39,818 nt of DNA from Shigella phage ESh2. The notes beneath the pieces are model-generated. The model saw nothing but the letters and a program-made list of their open reading frames with translations, was not told the origin of the DNA and did not search any database. Location: sequence record ON528716. The stretch is one strand, 5' to 3'. This document shows positions 1 through 8,258 of the stretch, one piece after another. Positions within the stretch are counted from its first letter, which is position 1. The number at the start of each line of letters is the position of its first letter. Made by a program: the position numbers and the translations under genes.

Positions 1-151
1 GGGACGAAAGGTTACTATATAGATACTGAATGAATACTTATAGAGTGCATAAAGTCTGCATAGTGGTGTACCTAAAGTGACCTCTAAGAATGGTGATTAT
101 ATTGTATTAATATCACCTTAACTTAAAGACCAACATAAAGGGAGGAGACTC

Positions 152-301
152 ATGTTCCGCTTATTGTTGACCTTGTTGCGGCATAGAGTCACCTACCGAT
201 TTCTTATGGTACTTTGTGCTGCCCTTGGGTACGCATCTCTTACTGGAGACCTCAGTTCACTGGAGTCTACCGTTTGCTCTATACTCACTTGTAGTGATTA
301 G
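152..301 (+). CDS. 19.5: gene 19.5 small protein (49 aa), right-end gene expressed from phiOR
   Basis: ATG at 152 with SD gggaggag upstream; translation MFRLLLTLLRHRVTYRFLMVLCAALGYASLTGDLSSLESTVCSILTCSD matches T7 gp19.5 as recalled; below ORF-track size cutoff. Confidence 0.8.
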   Translation: MFRLLLTLLRHRVTYRFLMVLCAALGYASLTGDLSSLESTVCSILTCSD

Positions 302-359
302 GGTCTTCCTGACCGACTGATGGCTCACCGAGGGATTCAGCGGTATGATTGCATCACAC

Positions 360-480
360 CACTTCATCCCTATAGAGTCAAGTCCTAAGGTATACCCATA
401 AAGAGCCTCTAATGGTCTATCCGTAAGGTCTATACCTAAAGATAGGCCATCCTATCAGTGTCACCTAAAGAGGGTCTTAG
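360..480. repeat. short cctaaag/ccataaag-type repeats on the right-end side of the terminal repeat
   Basis: Repeated cctaagg, ccataaag, cctaaag motifs visible directly; T7 has analogous short repeats flanking the terminal redundancy. Confidence 0.5.
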
Positions 481-541
481 AGAGGGCCTAATGGGTTCCT
501 AGACGGTCCTTTAAAATATACCATAAAAATCTGAGTGACTA

Positions 542-712
542 TCTCACAGTGTACGGACCTAAAGTTCCCCCCATAGGGGTACCTAAAGCCCAGCCAATCA
601 CCTAAAGACAACCTTCGGTTGACCTTGAGGGTCCCTAAGGGTTGGGATTGACCCTTGGGTTTATCTTTGAGTTGGTCCTTTGGTGTTACCTTGAGTGTCT
701 CTTCTTGTCCCT
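542..712. repeat. terminal repeat (single collapsed copy) containing the physical genome left end / concatemer junction
   Basis: tctcacagtgtacggacctaaagttcccc... matches the first bases of the T7 left end; length about 160-170 bp inferred from T7, cannot be delimited from a single copy. Confidence 0.55.
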
Positions 713-714
713 AT

Positions 715-885
715 CTGTTACAGCCTCCTAAAGTATCCTCCTAAAGTCACCTCCTAACGTCCATCCTAAAGCCTACTCCTAAAGCCTACACCTAAAGACA
801 CCATCAAGTCAACGCCTATCTTAAAGTTTAAACATAAAGACCATACCTAAAGACACTACATAAAGACCATACCTAACGATGCCTT
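715..885. repeat. array of cctaaag-type heptamer repeats (left-end repeats)
   Basis: ctcctaaag, tcctcctaaag, acctcctaacg, atcctaaag, ctcctaaag, acacctaaag, cataaagaccatacctaaaga x2 seen directly. Confidence 0.7.
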
Positions 886-938
886 GTTGTTGGCCATAAA
901 GAGATACCTTAATCATAATCTTTAATCATTGTCTTTAT

Positions 939-961
939 TAATACGACTCACTATAAGGAGA
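939..961 (+). promoter_or_regulatory. T7 RNAP promoter phiOL
   Basis: taatacgactcactataaggaga, 23-bp T7 class promoter consensus with A at +1. Confidence 0.8.
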
Positions 962-1014
962 GGACACTTAAAGAAACTCAAAAGAGATTAATTTAAAATT
1001 TATCAAAAAGAGTA

Positions 1015-1043
1015 TTGACTTAAAGTCTAACCTATAGGATACT
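1015..1043 (+). promoter_or_regulatory. E. coli sigma70 early promoter A1
   Basis: TTGACT (1015-1020), 17-bp spacer, GATACT (1038-1043); matches T7 A1 as recalled. Confidence 0.8.
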
Positions 1044-1140
1044 ATGAGCCATCGAGAGGGACACGGCGAATAGCCATCATAATCGACACCGGGTCAAACG
1101 GTTAAGTAGACAGCCTGATAAGTCGTATGAAAAACAGGTA

Positions 1141-1170
1141 TTGACAACATGAAGTAACATGAAGTAAGAT
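1141..1170 (+). promoter_or_regulatory. E. coli sigma70 early promoter A2
   Basis: TTGACA (1141-1146), 18-bp spacer, TAAGAT (1165-1170). Confidence 0.75.
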
Positions 1171-1245
1171 ACACAGCGTCAACCACTGATACGGTGTCTT
1201 CTAGGCGACTTAAGCGCACCACGGCACATAAAGTGAAACAAACGG

Positions 1246-1274
1246 TTGACAACATGAAGTAAACACGGTACGAT
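1246..1274 (+). promoter_or_regulatory. E. coli sigma70 early promoter A3
   Basis: TTGACA (1246-1251), 17-bp spacer, TACGAT (1269-1274). Confidence 0.75.
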
Positions 1275-1396
1275 GTACCACATGAAACGACAGTGAGGCG
1301 CAACACTGAAACGCGCTAGGGTCTAACGAAACCTGACCGACATGCTCTTTAACAATCTGGTAAATAGCTCTTGAGTGTACCGTATAAAGCGAATAA

Positions 1397-1430
1397 CTCA
1401 AGGTCGCACTGAAAGCGTGGCCTTTATGAT
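1397..1430 (+). promoter_or_regulatory. RNase III processing hairpin (R0.3-like)
   Basis: ctcaaggtcgcactgaaagcgtggcctttatgat; member of conserved hairpin family. Confidence 0.6.
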
Positions 1431-1464
1431 ATTCACTTAACGAACTAACATGAGGTAACACCAA

Positions 1465-1923
1465 ATGATTTTCACTAAAGAGCCCGCTAACGTCTTCTAT
1501 GTACTGGTGTCAGCTTTCCGTTCCAACCTCGACGATGAGGTGAACATGAGTCGCCACCGCCACATGGTTAGTACTTTACGTGCCGCACCGGGTCTTTACG
1601 GCTCCGTTGAGTCAACCGATTTGACAGGATGCTATCGTGAGGCAATCGCAAGCGCACCGACTGAGGAAAAAACGATTCGTGTACGCTGCAAGGACAAAGA
1701 GCAGGCACTCAATGTTGCACGCTTAGCTTGTAATGAGTGGGAGCAAGATTGCGTACTGGTATACAAATCACAGACTCACACGGCTGGTCTGGTGTACGCT
1801 AAAGGTTTCAATGGGTATAAGGCCGAACGTCTGCTGGGTAGCTTCCAAGAAGTGCCTAAAGGCGCACCGCTTAAAGGCTGCTTCACGATTGATGAGTTCG
1901 GTCGCCGCTGGCAAGTACAGTAA
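1465..1923 (+). CDS. 0.3: S-adenosylmethionine lyase/hydrolase (T3-type SAMase), anti-restriction
   Basis: 152 aa; SD gaggt 8 nt upstream; MIFTKEPANVFYVLVSAFRSN... near-identical to T3 gp0.3 SAMase as recalled, unrelated to T7 Ocr. Confidence 0.85.
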   Translation: MIFTKEPANVFYVLVSAFRSNLDDEVNMSRHRHMVSTLRAAPGLYGSVESTDLTGCYREAIASAPTEEKTIRVRCKDKEQALNVARLACNEWEQDCVLVYKSQTHTAGLVYAKGFNGYKAERLLGSFQEVPKGAPLKGCFTIDEFGRRWQVQ

Positions 1924-1933
1924 GTGATAGGCC

Positions 1934-1965
1934 CAAGGTCGCTCAATACGAGTGGCCTTTATGAT
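1934..1965 (+). promoter_or_regulatory. RNase III processing hairpin
   Basis: ccaaggtcgctcaatacgagtggcctttatgat; second copy of the motif. Confidence 0.55.
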
Positions 1966-1995
1966 TATCATTTAACACGCTATAGGACTAACATC

Positions 1996-2196
1996 ATGAG
2001 TAAACTTCTGGCAACCTCTAAAATCAAAGGCCAATGCACTGTAACGCTGCGTGAGTACTATCACGGGTCAATGGGATGCACCTACGTTGTGCGCTACGGC
2101 AAACAGGTCACACATTGGGTAAACCCGATTTTAGCGCAAGAGGAGTATCAAGCCTGTGTGATACACCAAGCAACGTGTGCAGGTTGGAACGATTGA
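1996..2196 (+). CDS. hypothetical early protein (66 aa)
   Basis: In-frame ATG at 1996 downstream of RNase III hairpin within ORF 1924..2196; weak SD; position corresponds to T7 0.4-0.6 block. Confidence 0.4.
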   Translation: MSKLLATSKIKGQCTVTLREYYHGSMGCTYVVRYGKQVTHWVNPILAQEEYQACVIHQATCAGWND

Positions 2197-2226
2197 CAAC
2201 AGCCTTCAAGTCTACCAAGTGGTAAA

Positions 2227-2260
2227 CTCAAGGTCGCTCCATGCGAGTGGCCTTCATGAT
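2227..2260 (+). promoter_or_regulatory. RNase III processing hairpin
   Basis: ctcaaggtcgctccatgcgagtggccttcatgat; third tandem copy. Confidence 0.55.
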
Positions 2261-2282
2261 TATCACTTTACGTATGGGAGTA

Positions 2283-2417
2283 ATGTATATGTTTACTATC
2301 GGTCTGCTCACCGCTCTGGGTCTAGCTGTAGGCGCATCCTTCGGGAAGTCTTTGGGTGTAGCTGTAGGTGCTTACTTGGTGGCTTGTATCATTACGGGAG
2401 CACTGCGCAAATGCTGA
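2283..2417 (+). CDS. hypothetical small hydrophobic protein (44 aa)
   Basis: SD gggag then ATG 2283; [44 protein letters not shown], predicted single TM helix; below ORF-track cutoff. Confidence 0.4.
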   Translation: MYMFTIGLLTALGLAVGASFGKSLGVAVGAYLVACIITGALRKC

Positions 2418-2548
2418 AACACTACGTTATGCCTATCCACACTTCCAATGGGGCGACCGTATGCACACCTGATGGGTTCGCAATGAAACAGCGAATCGAA
2501 CGCCTTAAGCGTGAACTGCGCATCAACCGCAAGATTAACAGAATCTAA
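2411..2548 (+). CDS. hypothetical small basic protein (45 aa)
   Basis: ATG 2411 overlapping preceding stop (ATGCTGA); [45 protein letters not shown]. Confidence 0.35.
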   Translation: MLKHYVMPIHTSNGATVCTPDGFAMKQRIERLKRELRINRKINRI

Positions 2549-2567
2549 CTTTTGGAGAATACATAAA

Positions 2568-3647
2568 GTGAACATTACCGACATCATGAACGCTATCGAC
2601 ACAGTCAAAGAGCTTCCAATCTGTGAACTTGATAAGCGCCAAGGTATGCTTATCGACTTACTGGTTGAGATGGTCAACAGCGAAACGTGTGATGGCGAAA
2701 TGACCGAACTAAATCAGGCACTTGAGTATCAAGATTGGTGGACTACCTTGAAGTGTCTCACGACTGACGCAGGTTTTAAGATGCTCGGTAATGGTCACTT
2801 CTCGGCTGCTTATAGTCACCCGCTGCTGCCTAATAGAGTGATTAAGGTGGGCTTTAAGAAAGAGGACTCAGGCGCTGCGTATACCGCATTCTGTCGCATG
2901 TATCAGGGTCGCGCTGGTATCCCTAACGTCTACGATGTACAGCGCCACGCTGGCTGCTATACGGTTGTACTCGATGCGCTGAACGATTGCGACCGTTACG
3001 ATAACGATGAGCATTATAAGTATGCTGAGATTGCAAGTGACATCATTGACTACAAATCAGATGAGCACGATGGGTTAACTGGATGGGATGGCGAGTTCGT
3101 CGAGACTTGCAAGTTAATCCGCAAGTTCTTTGAGGGCATCGCTTCGTTCGACATGCACAGCGGGAACATTATGTTCAGCGATGATGATACACCATACATT
3201 ACCGACCCTGTATCGTTCTCGCAGAAGAAAGACGGTGGCTCATTCAGTATCGACCCTGAGGAACTCATTAAGGAAGTCGAGGAAGTCGCACGCCAGAAAG
3301 CAATCGACCGCGCTAAGGAACGTAAAGAACGTCATGTGGGTCGATTGGAGGCACGCAGATTCAAACGTCGCAACCGCAAGGCACGTAAAGCACACAAAGC
3401 TAAGAGCGAAAGAATGCTTGCTGCGTGGCGTATGGCTGAGCGCCAAGAACGACGTAACCATGAGGTAGCTGTAGATGTACTAGGTCGAACCAATAACGCC
3501 ATGCTCTGGGTTAACATGTTAGCTGGGGACTTTAAGGCACTTGAAGAACGAGTTGCAGCGCACTGGTTTAATGCTGACCGGATGGCTATCGCTAACGGTC
3601 TTCCACTCAACATCGATAAGAAACTTGATGCAATGCTAATGGGCTGA
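2568..3647 (+). CDS. 0.7: serine/threonine protein kinase / host transcription shutoff
   Basis: 359 aa from GTG at 2568 (SD ggag 8 nt upstream); near-identical to T7 gp0.7 from [11 protein letters not shown]... onward. Confidence 0.9.
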   Translation: MNITDIMNAIDTVKELPICELDKRQGMLIDLLVEMVNSETCDGEMTELNQALEYQDWWTTLKCLTTDAGFKMLGNGHFSAAYSHPLLPNRVIKVGFKKEDSGAAYTAFCRMYQGRAGIPNVYDVQRHAGCYTVVLDALNDCDRYDNDEHYKYAEIASDIIDYKSDEHDGLTGWDGEFVETCKLIRKFFEGIASFDMHSGNIMFSDDDTPYITDPVSFSQKKDGGSFSIDPEELIKEVEEVARQKAIDRAKERKERHVGRLEARRFKRRNRKARKAHKAKSERMLAAWRMAERQERRNHEVAVDVLGRTNNAMLWVNMLAGDFKALEERVAAHWFNADRMAIANGLPLNIDKKLDAMLMG

Positions 3648-3654
3648 TAATCTT

Positions 3655-3690
3655 ATCTTACAGGTCATCTATGGGTGGCCTGAATAGATA
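3655..3690 (+). promoter_or_regulatory. RNase III processing hairpin R1 upstream of gene 1
   Basis: caggtcatctatgggtggcctg imperfect hairpin in the 0.7-1 intergenic region. Confidence 0.45.
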
Positions 3691-3717
3691 CGATTTACTA
3701 ACCGGAAGAGGCACTAA

Positions 3718-6369
3718 ATGAACACGATTAACATCGCTAAGAACGACTTCTCTGATATCGAACTGGCTGCTATCCCGTTTAATACTCTGGCTGACCATTA
3801 CGGTGAGCGTTTAGCTCGCGAACAGTTGGCCCTTGAGCATGAGTCTTACGAAATGGGTGAAGCACGATTCCGCAAGATGTTTGAGCGTCAACTTAAAGCT
3901 GGTGAGGTTGCGGACAACGCTGCCGCTAAGCCTCTCATTACTACCCTGCTCCCCAAGATGATTGCACGCATCAACGATTGGTTTGAGGAAGTGAAAGCTA
4001 AGCGAGGCAAGCGCCCGACAGCCTTCCAGTTCCTGCAAGAAATCAAGCCGGAAGCAATAGCGTATATCACCATTAAGACAACTCTGGCTTGCCTCACAAG
4101 CGTAGACAATACAACAGTTCAGGCTGTAGCAAGTGCAATCGGTCGAGCTATTGAGGACGAGGCGCGCTTTGGTCGTATCCGTGACCTTGAAGCTAAGCAC
4201 TTCAAGAAAAATGTTGAGGAGCAACTAAACAAGCGCGTAGGGCACGTCTACAAGAAAGCATTCATGCAGGTTGTCGAAGCTGATATGCTCTCTAAGGGTC
4301 TGCTAGGTGGCGAGGCGTGGTCTTCGTGGCACAAGGAGGACTCCATTCACGTAGGTGTGCGCTGCATTGAGATGCTCATTGAGTCAACCGGAATGGTCAG
4401 CTTGCATCGTCAAAACGCAGGCGTAGTCGGGCAAGACTCTGAGACTATCGAACTCGCACCGGAATACGCTGAGGCTATCGCAACCCGTGCTGGTGCACTG
4501 GCTGGTATCTCTCCGATGTTCCAACCTTGCGTAGTTCCTCCTAAGCCTTGGACTGGTATTACTGGTGGCGGCTATTGGGCTAACGGTCGCCGTCCTCTGG
4601 CACTGGTGCGCACTCACAGTAAGAAAGCACTGATGCGCTATGAAGACGTTTACATGCCTGAGGTGTACAAAGCGATTAACATTGCGCAAAACACCGCATG
4701 GAAAATCAACAAGAAAGTCCTAGCGGTCGCCAACGTAATCACCAAGTGGAAGCACTGCCCCGTAGAGGACATCCCAGCGATTGAACGTGAAGAACTCCCG
4801 ATGAAACCGGAAGACATCGACACGAATCCTGAGGCGCTCACCGCTTGGAAACGTGCTGCTGCTGCTGTGTATCGCAAGGACAAGGCTCGCAAGTCTCGCC
4901 GTATCGGCCTTGAGTTCATGCTTGAGCAAGCCAATAAGTTCGCTAACCATAAGGCCATCTGGTTCCCTTACAACATGGACTGGCGCGGTCGTGTTTACGC
5001 TGTGTCAATGTTCAACCCGCAAGGTAACGATATGACCAAGGGTCTGCTGACGCTGGCTAAAGGTAAACCAATCGGTAAAGAAGGTTACTACTGGCTGAAA
5101 ATCCACGGTGCAAACTGTGCTGGTGTCGATAAGGTTCCGTTCCCTGAGCGTATCAAGTTCATTGAGGACAACCACGAGAACATCATGGCTTGCGCTAAGT
5201 CTCCACTGGAGAACACTTGGTGGGCTGAGCAAGATTCTCCATTCTGTTTCCTAGCGTTCTGCTTTGAGTACGCTGGGGTACAGCACCACGGATTAAGTTA
5301 CAACTGCTCTCTTCCACTGGCGTTCGATGGGTCTTGCTCTGGTATTCAGCACTTCTCCGCGATGCTCCGCGATGAGGTAGGTGGTCGTGCTGTTAACCTG
5401 CTTCCTAGTGAAACCGTTCAGGACATCTACGGGATTGTCGCTAAGAAAGTCAACGAGATTCTGCAAGCTGATGTAATCAACGGGACCGACAACGAAGTAG
5501 TAACCGTGACCGATGAGAACACTGGTGAAATCTCTGAGAAAGTCAAGCTGGGTACTAAGGCGCTGGCTGGTCAATGGCTGGCTTACGGTGTTACTCGCAG
5601 TGTGACTAAGCGTTCAGTCATGACGCTGGCTTACGGGTCCAAAGAGTTCGGCTTCCGTCAACAAGTGCTGGAGGACACCATTCAGCCAGCAATTGATTCC
5701 GGTAAGGGTCTGATGTTCACGCAACCGAATCAGGCTGCTGGATACATGGCTAAACTGATTTGGGAAGCTGTGAGCGTCACGGTGGTGGCTGCGGTTGAAG
5801 CAATGAACTGGCTCAAGTCTGCTGCTAAGCTGCTGGCTGCTGAGGTCAAAGATAAGAAGACTGGAGAGATTCTTCGCAAGCGTTGCGCTGTACATTGGGT
5901 GACTCCTGATGGGTTCCCTGTGTGGCAGGAATACAAGAAGCCTGTTCAGACTCGCTTGAACCTGATTTTCCTCGGTCAGTTCCGTCTGCAACCTACCATT
6001 AACACCAACAAGGATAGCGAGATTGACGCACACAAACAGGAGTCCGGTATCGCTCCTAACTTTGTGCATAGCCAAGACGGTAGCCACCTGCGCAAGACTG
6101 TGGTGTGGGCGCATGAGAAGTACGGAATCGAATCCTTTGCACTGATTCATGACTCCTTCGGGACCATTCCGGCTGACGCTGCTAACCTGTTCAAAGCTGT
6201 TCGCGAAACTATGGTGGACACCTATGAGTCTTGTGATGTACTGGCTGACTTCTACGACCAGTTCGCTGACCAGTTGCATGAGTCTCAATTGGACAAAATG
6301 CCAGCACTTCCGTCTAAAGGTAACTTGAACCTCCAAGACATCCTTAAGTCAGACTTCGCGTTCGCGTAA
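3718..6369 (+). CDS. 1: DNA-directed RNA polymerase (single-subunit, T7 type)
   Basis: 883 aa; near-identical to T7 RNAP (MNTINIAKNDFSDIELAAIPFNTLADHYGERLAREQ...); matches the T7-type promoters in the genome. Confidence 0.99.
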   Translation: MNTINIAKNDFSDIELAAIPFNTLADHYGERLAREQLALEHESYEMGEARFRKMFERQLKAGEVADNAAAKPLITTLLPKMIARINDWFEEVKAKRGKRPTAFQFLQEIKPEAIAYITIKTTLACLTSVDNTTVQAVASAIGRAIEDEARFGRIRDLEAKHFKKNVEEQLNKRVGHVYKKAFMQVVEADMLSKGLLGGEAWSSWHKEDSIHVGVRCIEMLIESTGMVSLHRQNAGVVGQDSETIELAPEYAEAIATRAGALAGISPMFQPCVVPPKPWTGITGGGYWANGRRPLALVRTHSKKALMRYEDVYMPEVYKAINIAQNTAWKINKKVLAVANVITKWKHCPVEDIPAIEREELPMKPEDIDTNPEALTAWKRAAAAVYRKDKARKSRRIGLEFMLEQANKFANHKAIWFPYNMDWRGRVYAVSMFNPQGNDMTKGLLTLAKGKPIGKEGYYWLKIHGANCAGVDKVPFPERIKFIEDNHENIMACAKSPLENTWWAEQDSPFCFLAFCFEYAGVQHHGLSYNCSLPLAFDGSCSGIQHFSAMLRDEVGGRAVNLLPSETVQDIYGIVAKKVNEILQADVINGTDNEVVTVTDENTGEISEKVKLGTKALAGQWLAYGVTRSVTKRSVMTLAYGSKEFGFRQQVLEDTIQPAIDSGKGLMFTQPNQAAGYMAKLIWEAVSVTVVAAVEAMNWLKSAAKLLAAEVKDKKTGEILRKRCAVHWVTPDGFPVWQEYKKPVQTRLNLIFLGQFRLQPTINTNKDSEIDAHKQESGIAPNFVHSQDGSHLRKTVVWAHEKYGIESFALIHDSFGTIPADAANLFKAVRETMVDTYESCDVLADFYDQFADQLHESQLDKMPALPSKGNLNLQDILKSDFAFA

Positions 6370-6377
6370 CGTCAAAT

Positions 6378-6400
6378 TAATACGACTCACTATAGAGGGG
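6378..6400 (+). promoter_or_regulatory. T7 RNAP promoter phi1.1A
   Basis: taatacgactcactatagagggg. Confidence 0.85.
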
Positions 6401-6408
6401 TGGGGCAA

Positions 6409-6445
6409 ACTCAAGGTCATTCGTAAGAGTGGCCTTTTATGATTG
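6409..6445 (+). promoter_or_regulatory. RNase III processing hairpin R1.1
   Basis: ctcaaggtcattcgtaagagtggccttttatgat. Confidence 0.6.
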
Positions 6446-6458
6446 ACCTTCTTCCGGT

Positions 6459-6481
6459 TAATACGACTCACTATAGGGAAG
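6459..6481 (+). promoter_or_regulatory. T7 RNAP promoter phi1.1B
   Basis: taatacgactcactatagggaag. Confidence 0.85.
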
Positions 6482-6559
6482 ACCTTAAGGTTTAACTTTA
6501 AGACCCTTAAGTGTTAATTAAAGATTTAAATTAAAGACTACTAAGAGAGGACTTTAAGT

Positions 6560-6688
6560 ATGCGTAACTTCGAAAAGATGACCAAACGTTCTAACCGTAA
6601 CGCTCATGACTTCGAGGCAACCAAAGGTCGCAAGCTGAATAAGACCAAGCGCGACCGCTCGCATAAACGTAGCTGGGAGGGTCAGTAA
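6560..6688 (+). CDS. 1.1: gene 1.1 protein (42 aa)
   Basis: SD gagagg then ATG; MRNFEKMTKRSNRNAHDFEATKGRKLNKTKRDRSHKRSWEGQ matches T7 gp1.1. Confidence 0.85.
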   Translation: MRNFEKMTKRSNRNAHDFEATKGRKLNKTKRDRSHKRSWEGQ

Positions 6689-6689
6689 G

Positions 6690-6947
6690 ATGGGACGTTT
6701 ATACAGTGGGAACTTGAATGACTTCAAGGATGCTTGCAACAGGCTCTACCAGTTAGACTTTGCTGTTATTTGTGATGAATGGTACGATGCTTACAAACGC
6801 CTTGCGTGTATGCGTCTACGCGTAGAGGACAGGGCTGGAAACCTGATTGATGCCAATACGTTCTGCCACCACGATGAAGACGTCTTGTACAATACGTGTA
6901 CTGAATGGCTGAACCGTATGTACGACCAGTTGAAGGACTGGAAGTAA
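6690..6947 (+). CDS. 1.2: inhibitor of host dGTP triphosphohydrolase
   Basis: 85 aa; MGRLYSGNL...DQLKDWK homologous to T7 gp1.2. Confidence 0.9.
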   Translation: MGRLYSGNLNDFKDACNRLYQLDFAVICDEWYDAYKRLACMRLRVEDRAGNLIDANTFCHHDEDVLYNTCTEWLNRMYDQLKDWK

Positions 6948-6967
6948 TACGACTCACTAAAGGGACA
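6945..6967 (+). promoter_or_regulatory. T7 RNAP promoter phi1.3
   Basis: taatacgactcactaaagggaca. Confidence 0.8.
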
Positions 6968-6970
6968 ATG

Positions 6971-7003
6971 CTTAAGGTCGCTCATTGAGTGGCCTTAGTC
7001 ATT
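6971..7003 (+). promoter_or_regulatory. RNase III processing hairpin R1.3
   Basis: cttaaggtcgctcattgagtggccttagtcat. Confidence 0.55.
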
Positions 7004-7025
7004 TAACCAATAGGAGATAAACATT

Positions 7026-8051
7026 ATGATGAACATTAAGACCAACCCATTCAAAGCCGTGTCTTTCGTAGAGTCTGCCATTAAGAAGGCTCTGGATAAC
7101 GCTGGGTATCTTATTGCTGACATTAAGTACGATGGTGTACGTGGGAACATCTGCGTAGACAATACTGCTAACAGTTGCTGGCTCTCTCGTGTATCTAAAA
7201 CGATTCCGGCACTGTCTTACCTTAACGGGTTCGACTCACGTTGGCAGTGTCTGCTAAAGGATGACCGCTGCTTCTACCCTGATGGCTTCATGCTGGATTG
7301 CGAACTTATGGTCAAGGGAGTGGACTTCAATACTGGCTCCGGCCTTCTGCGGACCAAGTGGTTAAACAAGAAGAACATGCAGTTCGATATTGGCGGTCCA
7401 TATGAATCGTGGGACGTGAGCATGAAGGGACTTCCTTTCGGCCTTGACCCGAACTTACTAACAGTCAAACTGTACGCTATCATCCCGCTGCACATCGTAG
7501 AGTCTGGAGAAGACTGTGATGTCATGACGTTGCTCATGCAGGAACACGTTAAGAACATGCTGCCTCTGCTACAGGAATACTTCCCCGAAATCGAATGGCA
7601 AGCGGCTGAGTCTTATGAGGTTTACGACATGGTGGAACTACAGCAACTGTACGAGAAGAAGCGTGAAGAAGGTCATGAGGGTCTCATTGTGAAAGACCCG
7701 ATGTGTATCTATAAGCGTGGTAAGAAGTCCGGCTGGTTCAAAATGAAGCCAGAGGACGAAGCTGACGGTCTCATTCAGGGTCTTGTGTGGGGAACCGAAG
7801 GTTTAGCAAATGAAGGTAAAGTAATCGGATTTGAGGTGCTTCTTGAGAGTGGTCGTGTAGTTAACGCCACAAACATCTCTCGCGCCTTAATGGATGAATT
7901 TACAACCAACGTTAAAGAGTTCGGAGATGAATACTACAACGGATGGGCTTGTCAAATCAGCTACATGGAGGAAACACCAGACGGCTCTTTGCGGCACCCA
8001 TCATTCGTAATGTTCCGTGGCACCGAGGACAACCCTCAAGAGAAAATGTAA
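7026..8051 (+). CDS. 1.3: ATP-dependent DNA ligase
   Basis: 341 aa; MMNIKTNPFKAVSFVESAIKKALDNAGYLIADIKYDGVRG (KxDG adenylation motif) matches T7 ligase; about 18 aa shorter than T7 as recalled. Confidence 0.95.
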   Translation: MMNIKTNPFKAVSFVESAIKKALDNAGYLIADIKYDGVRGNICVDNTANSCWLSRVSKTIPALSYLNGFDSRWQCLLKDDRCFYPDGFMLDCELMVKGVDFNTGSGLLRTKWLNKKNMQFDIGGPYESWDVSMKGLPFGLDPNLLTVKLYAIIPLHIVESGEDCDVMTLLMQEHVKNMLPLLQEYFPEIEWQAAESYEVYDMVELQQLYEKKREEGHEGLIVKDPMCIYKRGKKSGWFKMKPEDEADGLIQGLVWGTEGLANEGKVIGFEVLLESGRVVNATNISRALMDEFTTNVKEFGDEYYNGWACQISYMEETPDGSLRHPSFVMFRGTEDNPQEKM

Positions 8052-8056
8052 TCACT

Positions 8057-8088
8057 GGCTCACCTTCGGGTGGGCCTTTCTGCGTTTA
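8057..8088 (+). terminator. early intrinsic terminator TE (host RNAP)
   Basis: 8-bp GC-rich stem ggctcacc/ggtgggcc with ttcg loop followed by tttctgcgttt. Confidence 0.8.
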
Positions 8089-8102
8089 TAAGGAGACACT
8101 TT

Positions 8103-8258
8103 ATGTTTAAGAAGGTTGGTAAATTCCTTGCGGCTTGGGCTGTTATCCTCATATTCACATATCTTCTGGTTGTGCATCCTCCGGTAGCTTTTGTGTTTAT
8201 TGGTGGGTGCTTACTCATATCAGCGTGTATATGCGTGTGGAGTATAGTTAACTGTTAA
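8103..8258 (+). CDS. 1.4: gene 1.4 small membrane protein
   Basis: SD aggag then ATG 8103; MFKKVGKFLAAWAVILIF... matches T7 gp1.4 (51 aa). Confidence 0.8.
   Translation: MFKKVGKFLAAWAVILIFTYLLVVHPPVAFVFIGGCLLISACICVWSIVNC

Larger units (their letters stand above)
6378..6559 (+). other. primary origin of DNA replication region (phi1.1A/phi1.1B plus AT-rich tract)
   Basis: Two T7 promoters followed by AT-rich ttaaggtttaactttaagaccc...aaagatttaaattaaagac; location equivalent to the T7 primary origin by established knowledge. Confidence 0.6.

Noticed and set aside
715-885. Possible CRISPR array suggested by the repeated cctaaag units
   Set aside because: Units are 7-20 bp, irregular and without uniform spacers; they correspond to T7 end-region repeats, not CRISPR
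1094-1464. Minus-strand ORFs 1094..1306 and 1210..1464 in the early control region
   Set aside because: They overlap the A1-A3 promoters and the 0.3 leader, and the products are low-complexity; the region is a regulatory leader
1733-1927. + strand ORF in an alternate frame inside gene 0.3
   Set aside because: Fully nested in the SAMase gene with no SD; chance ORF
2511-2567. Upstream ATG start for gene 0.7 proposed by the ORF track
   Set aside because: The extension overlaps the preceding small ORF and lacks an SD; the GTG at 2568 has an SD and gives the T7-length protein
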